DNA of 64,000 bases from a virus. Every line of letters begins with the position of its first letter. Within the stretch, counting starts at the first letter, position 1. Positions 18,206 to 28,425 of this stretch are shown here, piece after piece. The stretch covers positions 32,001 through 96,000 of the IMG/VR virus record IMGVR_UViG_3300031772_000001. The stretch is one strand, 5' to 3'. The notes beneath the pieces were generated by a model. The model did not search any database and was not told where the DNA came from. It saw only the letters and a list, made by a program, of their open reading frames with translations. Both the position numbers and the translations under genes were made by a program.

Positions 18206-18796
18206 CTACTGCAATAATTCCGTAGGCAACACACTCTCTGTCGGTCCAATACTGTCGCCACATGTAAACAACTCCTTGAATTGGTTCATACACGTCCTGA
18301 CCTTATCCGTTATGATCCTCAATTTCTCTACTGACTTTTTATACTTTTTAGATGCAGCTTCATAAGCCTCATCTGTAAACTCATTCTCCTTTATGTAAAG
18401 ATATATCTTAGAAAACTTCTTTAACTTCAACAAGTACCGTATATCCGGCACCTTCATTGAACACCCATTAAACATCGACAGAAATAAGATGGTTTCCCTC
18501 CCAAACAATGAATACAACTTACAATAAAAATCATTCTTTGAAAATCCTGATAGCAAACTTACCATCACTATCAGGTCATTCTCTGTGAAGGATGAGGAAA
18601 AATTAAACAATGACTTGTTCTTGTTATGTAAATTATCCCCCTCACTACTATCCCCACTATTATCTACGTCTGCATCAGTTATCTCCGCAACTAATTGTTC
18701 TAATAACCGCTGACTTGATTGAGAACCAATCAACTCCGGTCTTACGCTCATGTCTACTACAGTGTCCGGTGTCAAGCTCGCTGTCGTGTCTGCCAT
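18206..18796 (-). CDS. Hypothetical protein, possibly Mor-like regulator
   Basis: FLSMFNGCSMKVP resembles the Mor-family F.G..I.IP motif; weak. Confidence 0.45.
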   Translation of the reverse strand: MADTTASLTPDTVVDMSVRPELIGSQSSQRLLEQLVAEITDADVDNSGDSSEGDNLHNKNKSLFNFSSSFTENDLIVMVSLLSGFSKNDFYCKLYSLFGRETILFLSMFNGCSMKVPDIRYLLKLKKFSKIYLYIKENEFTDEAYEAASKKYKKSVEKLRIITDKVRTCMNQFKELFTCGDSIGPTESVLPTELLQ

Positions 18797-19388
18797 GACT
18801 AATCATCTCACTTTCATCTGGAAGAAATGACTGTATTCCACAAGTTGTAATTCCCATTTTATTAAATCTCTCAGATATTGTTTCATACCCCACTGTCAAG
18901 GCACTACGCGCAGCATGACCATCATCCCCTTGCTCATCATCATCCATCAAATAATCAAAGTCTTCGTCAGGAGTCAACTTCTCTCTCCTGAGTTTCCTTA
19001 GAAAATTCCCAATCTCGTTCCTTGCCGTCGAATAAACTATAATTACCAAATCAATATCTGGGTTTATCCAAGGTTCCTTCAGCTTTATAAACGCTTTACA
19101 ATACCCTAATGAGAAAACTTCCCTAATATCAAGATGTGGATTCCTTGGCAAAAAATGTCTTCTTATTACAAGGGAAACAACATCTGAAATCGTAGCCTCC
19201 AACAAATATTTATCGTACTTCTCACCCCTCACAAACAATGAAAGATTCTTATCTGATATTCTCTTCTCCCACCCCGGCCTCTTACTCTGTGCATACACCC
19301 CCGCTAATCCTGTTCGCATAACAAAACACTCCCGATTATCTGTGGTGTAACAACACTTGACAGAATACCAGTAGTCACCAGCAGACAA
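18675..19388 (-). CDS. Hypothetical protein, possibly sigma-factor region-2-like
   Basis: YSTARNEIGNFLRK..RE resembles sigma region 2.3-2.4. Confidence 0.4.
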   Translation of the reverse strand: MSAGDYWYSVKCCYTTDNRECFVMRTGLAGVYAQSKRPGWEKRISDKNLSLFVRGEKYDKYLLEATISDVVSLVIRRHFLPRNPHLDIREVFSLGYCKAFIKLKEPWINPDIDLVIIVYSTARNEIGNFLRKLRREKLTPDEDFDYLMDDDEQGDDGHAARSALTVGYETISERFNKMGITTCGIQSFLPDESEMISHGRHDSELDTGHCSRHERKTGVDWFSIKSAVIRTISCGDN

Positions 19389-19871
19389 TCAGGCAAAGAA
19401 TACCAAAAAAGGAATTAAAACCAACCAACTTGACAAACACAAAAAGTAGCAGATATACCAGCAGATTATACAAGCAAAAATTTACAAAAGAAAGTCAACG
19501 CGGCTCAAATAAAAACCCGAAGAATTATTATAAGTTAAGATAACCATTTTCTTAAAAGTCATTTTTAATTATTGACAAAACGCAACAATAACACGGTTTA
19601 TGGCACAAATTCCGGTTGTTAATCTTTGTTCTTCTTTGTTCTTCTTTGTTCTCTTCCATCCACACTTTTCCTTATTCTTCTCATCTTTAATTAACCTCTA
19701 TCCCACCTGTAAATATATGTAATCTCTCCCCAAATATCAAGTACCCAAAACCCGTGTACCAACATCAGATTTCTACATCCCTTACTATCACCTATCCTTT
19801 CCCCTTATCATAACCGTACTATCTTACCTTCTCTAATCCTATAGCCATATCCTCTCTCCCTATACGTACTC

Positions 19872-20699
19872 CTACCAGAATATCCATCTCTTCTTTTCTT
19901 TCTTTGTCTTTATCTTTGTTACTATTTCAGGTTTCTTCTTTGTTAAAGCATTAACATAGAAATCCTTCCTTAATTCCTGTAGGTATCTCTTTTCCATTCT
20001 ACTCAACTGCTCTTCCTCTGTACCCTCCTCTACTCCATTCATTACTCCATCTTCTCTGTTCCTCTCTCTACTCCCTTCCTTCTCCGTCTCTATTCTGCCT
20101 GAAAGAGAAGACTCGATTTCAGATCCATACACTTTCTCAAAATGTATAGGTATAACACCACTTTTTTGATACATTTTAGGGACAGGTTTTGAAGTCACCT
20201 GACTGGCTGAACCACTGGCTGAACCATCTACCTGACCCGCAACAGCCGCAGATGAAGATGAACCATACGGCATAACAAACATACCATTCTGATTCTTCCT
20301 TTGTAAACCCGAATCTGCCGAAAACTCGTATACCGCCTTATACACCTGAACTGTGTATCCACATAAATCCGATAACATCTTAACAAATACTGATATGCTT
20401 ATACTAGAATAAACCCTACACTTATGCGTGACATCATCAAATACCACCAAACCACCCTGAGTATTTTCATATACAATTATGGTAATAACCTGAGTTGACT
20501 CAACCATCTGACCACCATTAGGTATTTTTATAGTTGACAAATCAGAAATACTACCCCCAATATCCAGTTGTATCTTGTCAAGATCAAATAGCCCCCTTTG
20601 ACCACCTTGACCACCCTTTTCATCCTTTTCAACAACCTGTGTAATAGATACATCGTATAAAATAGGATGATCCGTTGATACAACTTGCAAAATATACAT
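19872..20699 (-). CDS. Hypothetical protein
   Basis: 275-aa ORF. Confidence 0.65.
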   Translation of the reverse strand: MYILQVVSTDHPILYDVSITQVVEKDEKGGQGGQRGLFDLDKIQLDIGGSISDLSTIKIPNGGQMVESTQVITIIVYENTQGGLVVFDDVTHKCRVYSSISISVFVKMLSDLCGYTVQVYKAVYEFSADSGLQRKNQNGMFVMPYGSSSSAAVAGQVDGSASGSASQVTSKPVPKMYQKSGVIPIHFEKVYGSEIESSLSGRIETEKEGSRERNREDGVMNGVEEGTEEEQLSRMEKRYLQELRKDFYVNALTKKKPEIVTKIKTKKEKKRWIFW

Positions 20700-20987
20700 T
20701 GCTAAAACTCCGTTTTGTCAATCAATAGTTTGCACCGCACCATGACCTTGAAAAAATACCCCAAAACCTGCCCACATATACCCCAAAACTACCCATTCTT
20801 AATACCAAAAATGAATTGATTTTCCAATTATGTAAGCCATACTCATAATACAAGAAAACCGCATGATATGTCTACAAACTTGAACCTAATTTGATCTAAA
20901 TTTGAACCAGATCCAACCAAACCCCAACCCCACATAACCCTCTAAAAGAAAATGCCCCGAATTAAATCAATAATCCAAAGGCATAAC

Positions 20988-22307
20988 TTAACTTTGCTTT
21001 TTGATTCCTGTTACTAACTCAGAATCTAAACGATCCGCCAACCTATTCTCATACTCCTCAATTATAAAATCAGCCAAAACACGAAAATCATCAGCCCTAT
21101 CTACAATACCAGCACGAAACTCCAACACAGCCTTATCTAATACAATCCGAGAAGCCGCACGTATACCCCTATCTATACCAGCACGATAAGAATTATTTAT
21201 CTTTTCATCCAAAGCATCAGTTGTAAGACCACATACAGCCGAAGAATTAGGTCTTTTGTCAACCTTAAAATACCCAGACCCCTCATCAGGACCACCCTGA
21301 CCCTTACTCTTAACAACCTCCCCAACCTGTTTTACAACGTCACACGTGTTAGGATGAGTAAACTCCCGTACCTTCGGAATAGCCCCTAATATCTTTGAAC
21401 TCTGCACCCGAACAGACTTATTACTTTGTGCCCCCTGAGAAACCATCTTAGCCGTCTCAATCACCTGACCAACCTTACTCCCATCCTTTGACCCACCCTT
21501 TGACTCACCCTTTGACTCACCTTTTGTCCTTACCTTTGACATCCGTTGAATCTCATCCTCAGTAGACTCACATACAGCCGCACAATCCTTCTCGTACTTC
21601 TCCTTCAATCGCTCCAACCGCTCCACAGCACTACCAACCGCCCTGTCAACCTTACCCTTATCAACCAACGGAACACTACCATCCTTGACTGATTGCTTGA
21701 CTGGCTGCTCCACCGGCATACCCGCTATCATCTTTGCCCTGACCCTTGCACGCTCCTCTACCTGCTCTGGAGTAAAACCCCGCCAACCATCACACACATG
21801 CTTTGCAGTAATACGCCTCTTACCACACATCTTAACCCCACAATTACTACAATCCTTTACATCCGAAAACATGTCCTGTGACATAACTCCACTCCCTTTG
21901 TTTTGTAAAGAAACATCACCAACCTTATCACCATTATTATCACCCTTATCAACACCATTTACTTTACTCTGCATAATACTCCTCTCGTGAATCCTAGGAA
22001 GCCCCATCACAACATGATAATCAATAGCCTTCTTCCTGCCAAGCATAACAACATCCTTTTTTATTTGCTTAGTTACATCAACATCATTTAGAACAAAAAC
22101 CTTTTTGACCTTACTTTCTATTACTCGATCTACTGCATTTACATTCTCCACTGCATTTACATTCTCCACTGCATTTACATTCTCCACTATCCACCTATCA
22201 CACACGCTATTGAAAACACGCCATCTCTTACCACACGAACTAACCCCACAATTACTACAGTGTCTACTCACAAATATTCTTTCATCCAACTTCTTTTCCT
22301 TTGGCAC
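20988..22307 (-). CDS. Hypothetical protein with two CSNCG..CGKR Cys motifs and short tandem repeats
   Basis: 439 aa; VENVNA x3 and SKG(E/G) repeats. Confidence 0.65.
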   Translation of the reverse strand: MPKEKKLDERIFVSRHCSNCGVSSCGKRWRVFNSVCDRWIVENVNAVENVNAVENVNAVDRVIESKVKKVFVLNDVDVTKQIKKDVVMLGRKKAIDYHVVMGLPRIHERSIMQSKVNGVDKGDNNGDKVGDVSLQNKGSGVMSQDMFSDVKDCSNCGVKMCGKRRITAKHVCDGWRGFTPEQVEERARVRAKMIAGMPVEQPVKQSVKDGSVPLVDKGKVDRAVGSAVERLERLKEKYEKDCAAVCESTEDEIQRMSKVRTKGESKGESKGGSKDGSKVGQVIETAKMVSQGAQSNKSVRVQSSKILGAIPKVREFTHPNTCDVVKQVGEVVKSKGQGGPDEGSGYFKVDKRPNSSAVCGLTTDALDEKINNSYRAGIDRGIRAASRIVLDKAVLEFRAGIVDRADDFRVLADFIIEEYENRLADRLDSELVTGIKKQS

Positions 22308-22320
22308 AACATCATCCTTT

Positions 22321-22515
22321 TTACTTCTTATTCTTCTTAACCTTAATCTTAGACTTCACTGCCTTTCTTTTTGCCTTCTTGAAAATCCACTTACAGTAAT
22401 CAACATAATTCAAGTTACCACCCCAATATCCCGAATACTAGCAATGATAACCCCTCGCCTTGTGCCATCTCTTACACGTACCACAACATCTCTGTGTAGG
22501 CATCTTATTACTCAT
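22321..22515 (-). pseudogene. Small Cys-rich/basic ORF interrupted by one in-frame TAG
   Basis: MSNKMPTQRCCGTCKRWHKARGYHC*YSGYWGG...CKWIFKKAK...; TAG at 22438-22440. Confidence 0.4.
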
Positions 22516-22754
22516 ACGCTTATTTGCCCCCAAAACGAAAGAAGGGCTTTTCAGCCCTTCAAAATAACCATCAAAATCTTTTCCTCATCAATTCCCTCAT
22601 TCCTACAAGTAAAGCCATCAGCGGACCAAATAACACCAACAACATCACCGAAGATAAAACATGAAACCATGACCACGGATACTCAACATCCCAAACATCC
22701 CTCAAATACGCAATCACCAAAAGTAAACTTATTACAAAGTAAATCACCAATAGC

Positions 22755-23282
22755 CTATGATGCAACATCAAAAAATGTAGTATCATTCTCTGCTCCTTTT
22801 CTATCTCTCCGATCCTCCAACATCGAAAAATTCTGTGACTTCATTCTTTCAAAAAATGTCTGATCCTTTAGATGATCATACAAATACGGCATAAACACCT
22901 CTATAAACTCCGCTTGATCCAATTCAATCAAGCTCATCTGCACATCAATCCAATCCGATAAAAGCCGCCACGCCGTCCTCTCTGCTTGTGCGGCAATGCG
23001 ATCCAATGTACCCTCGTGCAGCTTCTTAATCTCCTTCTTCAGCCTTTCCTCCACCCTATCAATACGCGCAGGCAATCTAAATGACATATCACGATTATTT
23101 ACAAATATCACAAAAGCAACACCAACAAGTTTCCCCTTCTCTGCCATCTTCACAACAGTCTTCGCACCAGCAGCTATAAGCCGGTCCTCAATATGCTGCA
23201 CTGACTTACTTGCGGAAACCATCGAAGTGTAATTCTTTATCATCAAGAACCCTTTGTAATAAGCAACCTTTTCTTTACCCAA
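22755..23282 (-). CDS. Conserved phage hypothetical protein
   Basis: KNYTS..S...I...L...GA, FRLPA, QAERTAWR...DW, EVFMPY. Confidence 0.75.
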   Translation of the reverse strand: MGKEKVAYYKGFLMIKNYTSMVSASKSVQHIEDRLIAAGAKTVVKMAEKGKLVGVAFVIFVNNRDMSFRLPARIDRVEERLKKEIKKLHEGTLDRIAAQAERTAWRLLSDWIDVQMSLIELDQAEFIEVFMPYLYDHLKDQTFFERMKSQNFSMLEDRRDRKGAENDTTFFDVAS

Positions 23283-24482
23283 GAAGATACTTCTTTTTCT
23301 TTTGCTTCTGCATTACTCGCATCTATAACAGTCTGCTTCTCCCACCACTCATCAACCTCCTTCGGCACAACAATACCTGCCGCTTCTGCTTCATGCAAAA
23401 CATCAAGTATCTCACGAGGAGGAAGAATATCACAAAGCATTTTCTTTTAAGCTCCAATCCCATTACCAACAGAAGTCAAAACATCAATAGCCCTCTTAAC
23501 TTCCTCTTGTTGCTTTAACACTTCATTAAAATCATCTATATCTCGAACAGAATCATACCTTTTCATAATAAACTCCAACTCGTCATACCTATTCTGAAGG
23601 TATCTAATAGTATGTGGGAATTTCTTGTAATTCATATTTTCCTCTACAACTCCCAAATAAACATGTCCGTACCAAATCGCCTTCCTAAAGTCCCCAAATA
23701 AATTGCTTTTTGAACAGGAGTAACTACGTCCGGGTGAGAATCACTAACACTAAACAAATCAAAGGATGGGTGACTATCTGTAGACTGATTTTCCTTGATA
23801 GCATACTCTGTAGCAACTGCCTTTGAACCTACAGTGTAGATACTGCCAGTAACATTATTCCGAACAAGATACAACATACAAATCCTCCTTTATATTGCCA
23901 GCCAATTACTAATCTCCGTAACAACTGCACTTATCTCCCGAACATCAGCATCATCTACCCTATCCAAAAAATAAAAAGCCTCACAAATAGTCTGCCTCAA
24001 CTCAGCAACCGTAAGCTCTGAAACCTTCTTCTCAACACCATCAAAAACACCAGCAATTACTTCAGTTGGCTTATACCTCAAAGGTATAATAATTCTCTTT
24101 TTGATATTTTTCATAGTTAATCCCTCTTCCTTCTCAGAATCTTCTTGACCTCTTCAATCTCCTGCTTGTTAGGACTCCTATACTGATCATCCAACACCCA
24201 CGCATTCCCATTCTCAAGATCAAAACATCAACCATCCAGCACCACAACACCAATCACACTCGTAGGGAACCTTACACCCACAAGCAACAGTACATGCCTT
24301 ACTCGGCCCCACCGTATGCGCCGCACCATAATCCCGCTCACCCCAAAGTAAACTTGCCTGCTGCATCACAAACCCATAGCCCAACCTCTCACAAATCTGT
24401 TTTACCTGTGCAGTATGCAGCTTATTCATCCCGTCAATCCGACGCTGCAACGCCTCACTCGCCTTTATTTCTTTTTCACTTC

Positions 24483-24869
24483 TCATATTGTAGGCTCCAC
24501 AACAGGGACAATAATTGTAGCTTCACTTACAGCAATGCTAAGACCTTCAACAACAGGCTCAATAACTGGCTCGATAACTGGCTTAACCTCAGCAAGAACT
24601 TCCGGGGCAACTTCTTTTACAGTTTCCTCAACCACAACAGGAGGTGGAGGGTACATCTCATCCCAATTTGACGGCTTCACACCAACAACCTCAATGTCCT
24701 TCTCCTTGTAACCGTTCTTCTTCAGCCACTCCAACGCACGCTCCGATACATCAACAATGGTAGGAAAATCCTTACCACGATGAATCTGTGACACATGCGC
24801 GTAACCCCACGGAGTAGTCAACGTAACCGTTGTGGTCTTAGGCGGCAGCTTCTCTTCCTTCTTAGCCAT
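24483..24869 (-). CDS. Hypothetical protein with Pro/Val/Glu-rich tail
   Basis: 128 aa; GGAG RBS. Confidence 0.55.
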   Translation of the reverse strand: MAKKEEKLPPKTTTVTLTTPWGYAHVSQIHRGKDFPTIVDVSERALEWLKKNGYKEKDIEVVGVKPSNWDEMYPPPPVVVEETVKEVAPEVLAEVKPVIEPVIEPVVEGLSIAVSEATIIVPVVEPTI

Positions 24870-25241
24870 TATTTATCTCCCTGTTCCTATTACAACGTGA
24901 TACAATCCCCACAGAACTGTCAACACAAAAGCCAAAAAATACGAGTCATCCTTACAAACCATAGACTGAATGCCTGTGATGATCCATGACAGGATCACCA
25001 CAGACAAACCAGGATGATTTAACATCGCCCTAACAACATCAAACACCTCACTCATCCTTTTTCTTTTCAAAAACAGGAATACCCTGACAACTCATCTCGT
25101 GCTGCACTCCCTCATGCACCACATGCACCGGCCTACGCTCACCATCAGGAAATTTCAAAAAAGAAACATCCTCCTCCGGGGTGCAATCCCGTTTGCAAAA
25201 ACCACAAATTACTTCTTGCTTGGACATCAAAACCCCCTGTT

Positions 25242-25880
25242 AAATCACCATTACCATACCTGAAATCACCATACAACACCAATACTGGACTCCACATCAC
25301 ATAATTCTACTGCACATCACCACACCTTTACGTCACATGACATCACCCGACCGCACGTTACTATACCATCACCTAACTGGACAAAACCGCACGCCACTCC
25401 ACCGCACCGTCACATGACCACACCGAACGCCACTACACCATACCATAACTATACGATACCGCATAACAACTGCACCCCACCAACACTGAAATCCACTGCA
25501 ATCTACTGTACCAATACCTAACGTCACGCAAAGACACCTTATCTTCACCCAACCTGACAGTAGATAACTCCACGGAACGACACCAAACCAATACTGAACA
25601 TCACTCCAACAGACCGGACCCCACCCAACACAACTCAACCGTTACCGTACTCGACGTAACCCCACAAAACTCTACCATCACCAAATTGTACACAATCTCA
25701 CCGAACTCCACCGTCACATCATTGTACAGTAGATAACTCAACCATCACAATATCGTAACGAAACTCGATGTCACTTAACCCAACTTCACCATAACAGCAC
25801 GGAACGATACTGCACCCCACCGCACCAAACCATACCCTAACAGCACGGTATCACACCCCACGACACCCGACCATTACATT
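25242..25880 (-). ncRNA. Pentamer-periodic array (NNNGT)n punctuated by hexamers; candidate guide-RNA array
   Basis: Parses exactly into 105 pentamers and 19 hexamers (639 bp); all units end in T; 91/105 pentamers end in GT; 16/19 hexamers end in GGT; starts at the stop codon of the Cas7-like gene. Confidence 0.85.
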
Positions 25881-26583
25881 AAACTACTTTTGTCAAGGTG
25901 TAGTCATACCTTCCGTACATGCCTGAGTTACGCCACTGACCAATACCCATATACCGGGAAGAGTAATCCAGCAACGTCCTCAGCAACTCCTCGGTCAGTG
26001 TGAACCTTGGTGTCTCCAAGCACTGAATCTGACAATCAAAATGAGCACCCTCCTCAATCATCTCACTCCGCAACAGAAACACACGCGGCCCATCCTTACC
26101 TATCACACGTACTCCACGCTCCAGAAACCCAATCGGCTTATCTGTAATGAGGGGAATCCTTCTGGGATTGACATTAACTGTCCGTGTCACGTTGGCAAGA
26201 AAAGCAGTTACTTTCTCACCAACCTCAACAACATCATCACCATCACTATCATCACCCTTTTTCTTCTTCTTAGTCACCATCTTACCCGTTGCCAAACCAT
26301 TCAACGTAGACGCGGAATCCTTCAGGGCACCCTTCACAACATACGTATAGAGAAGAGGGTTCCCGTCTGCATCCCGATGAAAGCACGTAGTGCCCTTCTT
26401 CACCTCATCCGGCAACGAATCAATTTCTTCTTGAACCTGCTGCGGAGTAAGGTGTGGGTTCTCTTCCAAAATCTTCTTTATCAGATAGTCAAGGGCAATG
26501 GAATCATTGCCAGGCTGACTACCAAGAACCTGAGAATTGAACACCACACTCAAATCGTACACAGACTCTTTCAACAAAGACAT
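25879..26583 (-). CDS. Stand-alone Cas7/RAMP-like protein
   Basis: N-terminal strand plus VLG; P.L....VKGALKD (cf. RAMP P.IPGSSLKGALR); C-terminal Gly-rich loop GIGQWRNSGMYGRY. Confidence 0.75.
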   Translation of the reverse strand: MSLLKESVYDLSVVFNSQVLGSQPGNDSIALDYLIKKILEENPHLTPQQVQEEIDSLPDEVKKGTTCFHRDADGNPLLYTYVVKGALKDSASTLNGLATGKMVTKKKKKGDDSDGDDVVEVGEKVTAFLANVTRTVNVNPRRIPLITDKPIGFLERGVRVIGKDGPRVFLLRSEMIEEGAHFDCQIQCLETPRFTLTEELLRTLLDYSSRYMGIGQWRNSGMYGRYDYTLTKVV

Positions 26584-26635
26584 ACACCCATCCTTTGATT
26601 AAAGTTAAAATAACACCCATCCAATTCAGACATCC

Positions 26636-26670
26636 TTATAGTATACGTTATCCTCACCAAAAAACATCAG
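26636..26670 (-). promoter_or_regulatory. Putative second-class promoter motif shared with the SSB-like gene
   Basis: CTGATG-N12-GATAACGTATA(C/A)TATA here and at 45863-45897. Confidence 0.6.
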
Positions 26671-26690
26671 CTTGTCTTACTGCTATTAAT

Positions 26691-27278
26691 TTAGGCAACC
26701 AGAGACTCCTCAGACTCATCAACCGCCGGACCACGCACCACCACATAATCTGAAAAAATGTCCTCTATGATCTCAGCCGTAGTCCTCTTGTCATACCAGA
26801 CGTTCAATTCAGTAATACGGTTGTTGCACTCCTTGGCATCATCAATGTATTTCTTAGCCTTACTTAACGCACCACACCCCAAGGCATCAAAAACTTTCCT
26901 CAAAATCGTCGCAGCAGTGTCTTCACCATCAACAAGAACTGTGTTTTCTTTTGAATCTAAAATAAATTCATGGAAAACTCGCTTTGAAAAGACAGGCACC
27001 TCCGACTTTGGCAGCTTCCGAAGATAGTAAAATTCCCGCATCAAGCGTGGAAGATCGGCCTCCCGAACAGACTCCGGGGATAAGCTATACTCTGGCATCA
27101 CCGAATCATCACGCACGAGCTTCTGTATCATCACAAGATATACCTTGTCACCAACGGCAATCTGTGACCAAAAAGGCTTCTGATTCAGTGCCTCAAGCAC
27201 CAAATCGTCCTCAGCAATCAGCATGTACTTCTTATCATAAGACAAGAACCTCTTCTTGAACAACTCAAGATCCTGCAT
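26691..27278 (-). CDS. Hypothetical protein
   Basis: 195-aa ORF. Confidence 0.65.
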   Translation of the reverse strand: MQDLELFKKRFLSYDKKYMLIAEDDLVLEALNQKPFWSQIAVGDKVYLVMIQKLVRDDSVMPEYSLSPESVREADLPRLMREFYYLRKLPKSEVPVFSKRVFHEFILDSKENTVLVDGEDTAATILRKVFDALGCGALSKAKKYIDDAKECNNRITELNVWYDKRTTAEIIEDIFSDYVVVRGPAVDESEESLVA

Positions 27279-28083
27279 TGATTACCCCACTTCTTAGAAC
27301 ACGAATACGTTCTTCTGCTACCTGACAATACTTCTCTTCCTTCTCAATCCCAATAAAATTTCTTTTGGTATTTATACAAGCAATCGCAGTTGTTCCTGAT
27401 CCTATGCAATTATCAAGAACAACATCATTTTCATTTGTGTAAGTACGAATAAGATACTCAAACAATGCTACAGGTTTTTGGGTTGGGTGAAGCCCCGCCT
27501 CCCTCGCATGATATGCTGTTGAAAATTCTACAACAGAACGAGGATACCCGACATCAGTACCTACAGAACGAAAAACCCCTTCCGTAAATTTACCACACGT
27601 CTCAGTCATCACTGTTTTTTGTGCTGCTCTATGACTTGGCTTTACAAAAAATTGTGGGTTATATGGAGGAACACCATAACAAAAAATAAGAATATCCTCA
27701 TGCTGTCGAAGAGGACGCTTTTTTGCATTTAAGAACCCGACAGTATTAGACTTTCTCCAACACATATCATACTTAAAGTTTGAGACATTGCTCATCACTA
27801 AAGCAGAAGTAAATGGCTGTGACGCAGTTAGTACAATGACACCATTACAGATTCTCTCATACTCCTTCCATAACGGCTCAAATGGAATAACTGTGTCCCA
27901 TTTACACTGTGTAGTTCCATAAGGCAAATCACATAACACCATATCAATACTCTTATCAGGTATTAATGGCATTACCTCAAGACAATCACCATGAATTATT
28001 GTATTTATTTGCAACGCACCATCTCCCGTTAGATACTCTCCCCGGCCACGGTGAAGTTGTATTGCCAGCCCTTCTCTGTCCAC
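27265..28083 (-). CDS. Orphan N6-adenine/N4-cytosine DNA methyltransferase (beta-type order)
   Basis: GDCLE, DLPYG, HPTQKPV, VLDNCIGSGTT, FIGIE. Confidence 0.92.
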   Translation of the reverse strand: MDREGLAIQLHRGRGEYLTGDGALQINTIIHGDCLEVMPLIPDKSIDMVLCDLPYGTTQCKWDTVIPFEPLWKEYERICNGVIVLTASQPFTSALVMSNVSNFKYDMCWRKSNTVGFLNAKKRPLRQHEDILIFCYGVPPYNPQFFVKPSHRAAQKTVMTETCGKFTEGVFRSVGTDVGYPRSVVEFSTAYHAREAGLHPTQKPVALFEYLIRTYTNENDVVLDNCIGSGTTAIACINTKRNFIGIEKEEKYCQVAEERIRVLRSGVINAGS

Positions 28084-28425
28084 ACACCAGCAATCAAAAT
28101 ATTCTTAACAGTCGCAGCAACAGAAGAGACATTCAACGAAATCTCATAAACTTCCGGGTCCATACTCACAGTTGTTTCTCTGTCAACTATCACAGAGTAA
28201 AGATACGGTCTACGGTTGTCTGGGTCAATCCAATTAAAGCTGAAAGCAAAACTCTCACGCCCATCCTTGTGTGTCCGTCGTATTACCTTCACCTTATCAA
28301 AGTAATACTTGAAACTCTTATCCATCTCCTCCCATGTCAACAAAGTCATATAGCTCATGTGATGGACAATATCATCACCATCGGAAATATCACATAGAAC
28401 ATCAGTATCCATATTATCCTCTGTT

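Noticed and set aside
19780-19876. Purine-rich AGG/AGA stretch as a second periodic array
   Set aside because: No constant register; consistent with strand bias
22321-22515. TAG recoding suggested by one in-frame TAG
   Set aside because: Conserved genes are intact in the standard code, many end in TAG abutting the next gene, and no suppressor tRNA is seen; a single nonsense mutation is simpler
25369-25638. 89-aa minus-strand ORF rich in V/W/C/G
   Set aside because: By-product of the GT pentamer array; period 5 is incompatible with codon structure
25242-25880. Canonical CRISPR array or simple microsatellite
   Set aside because: No identical 23-50 bp repeats with spacers; neighbouring units differ at the variable positions, unlike a slippage satellite
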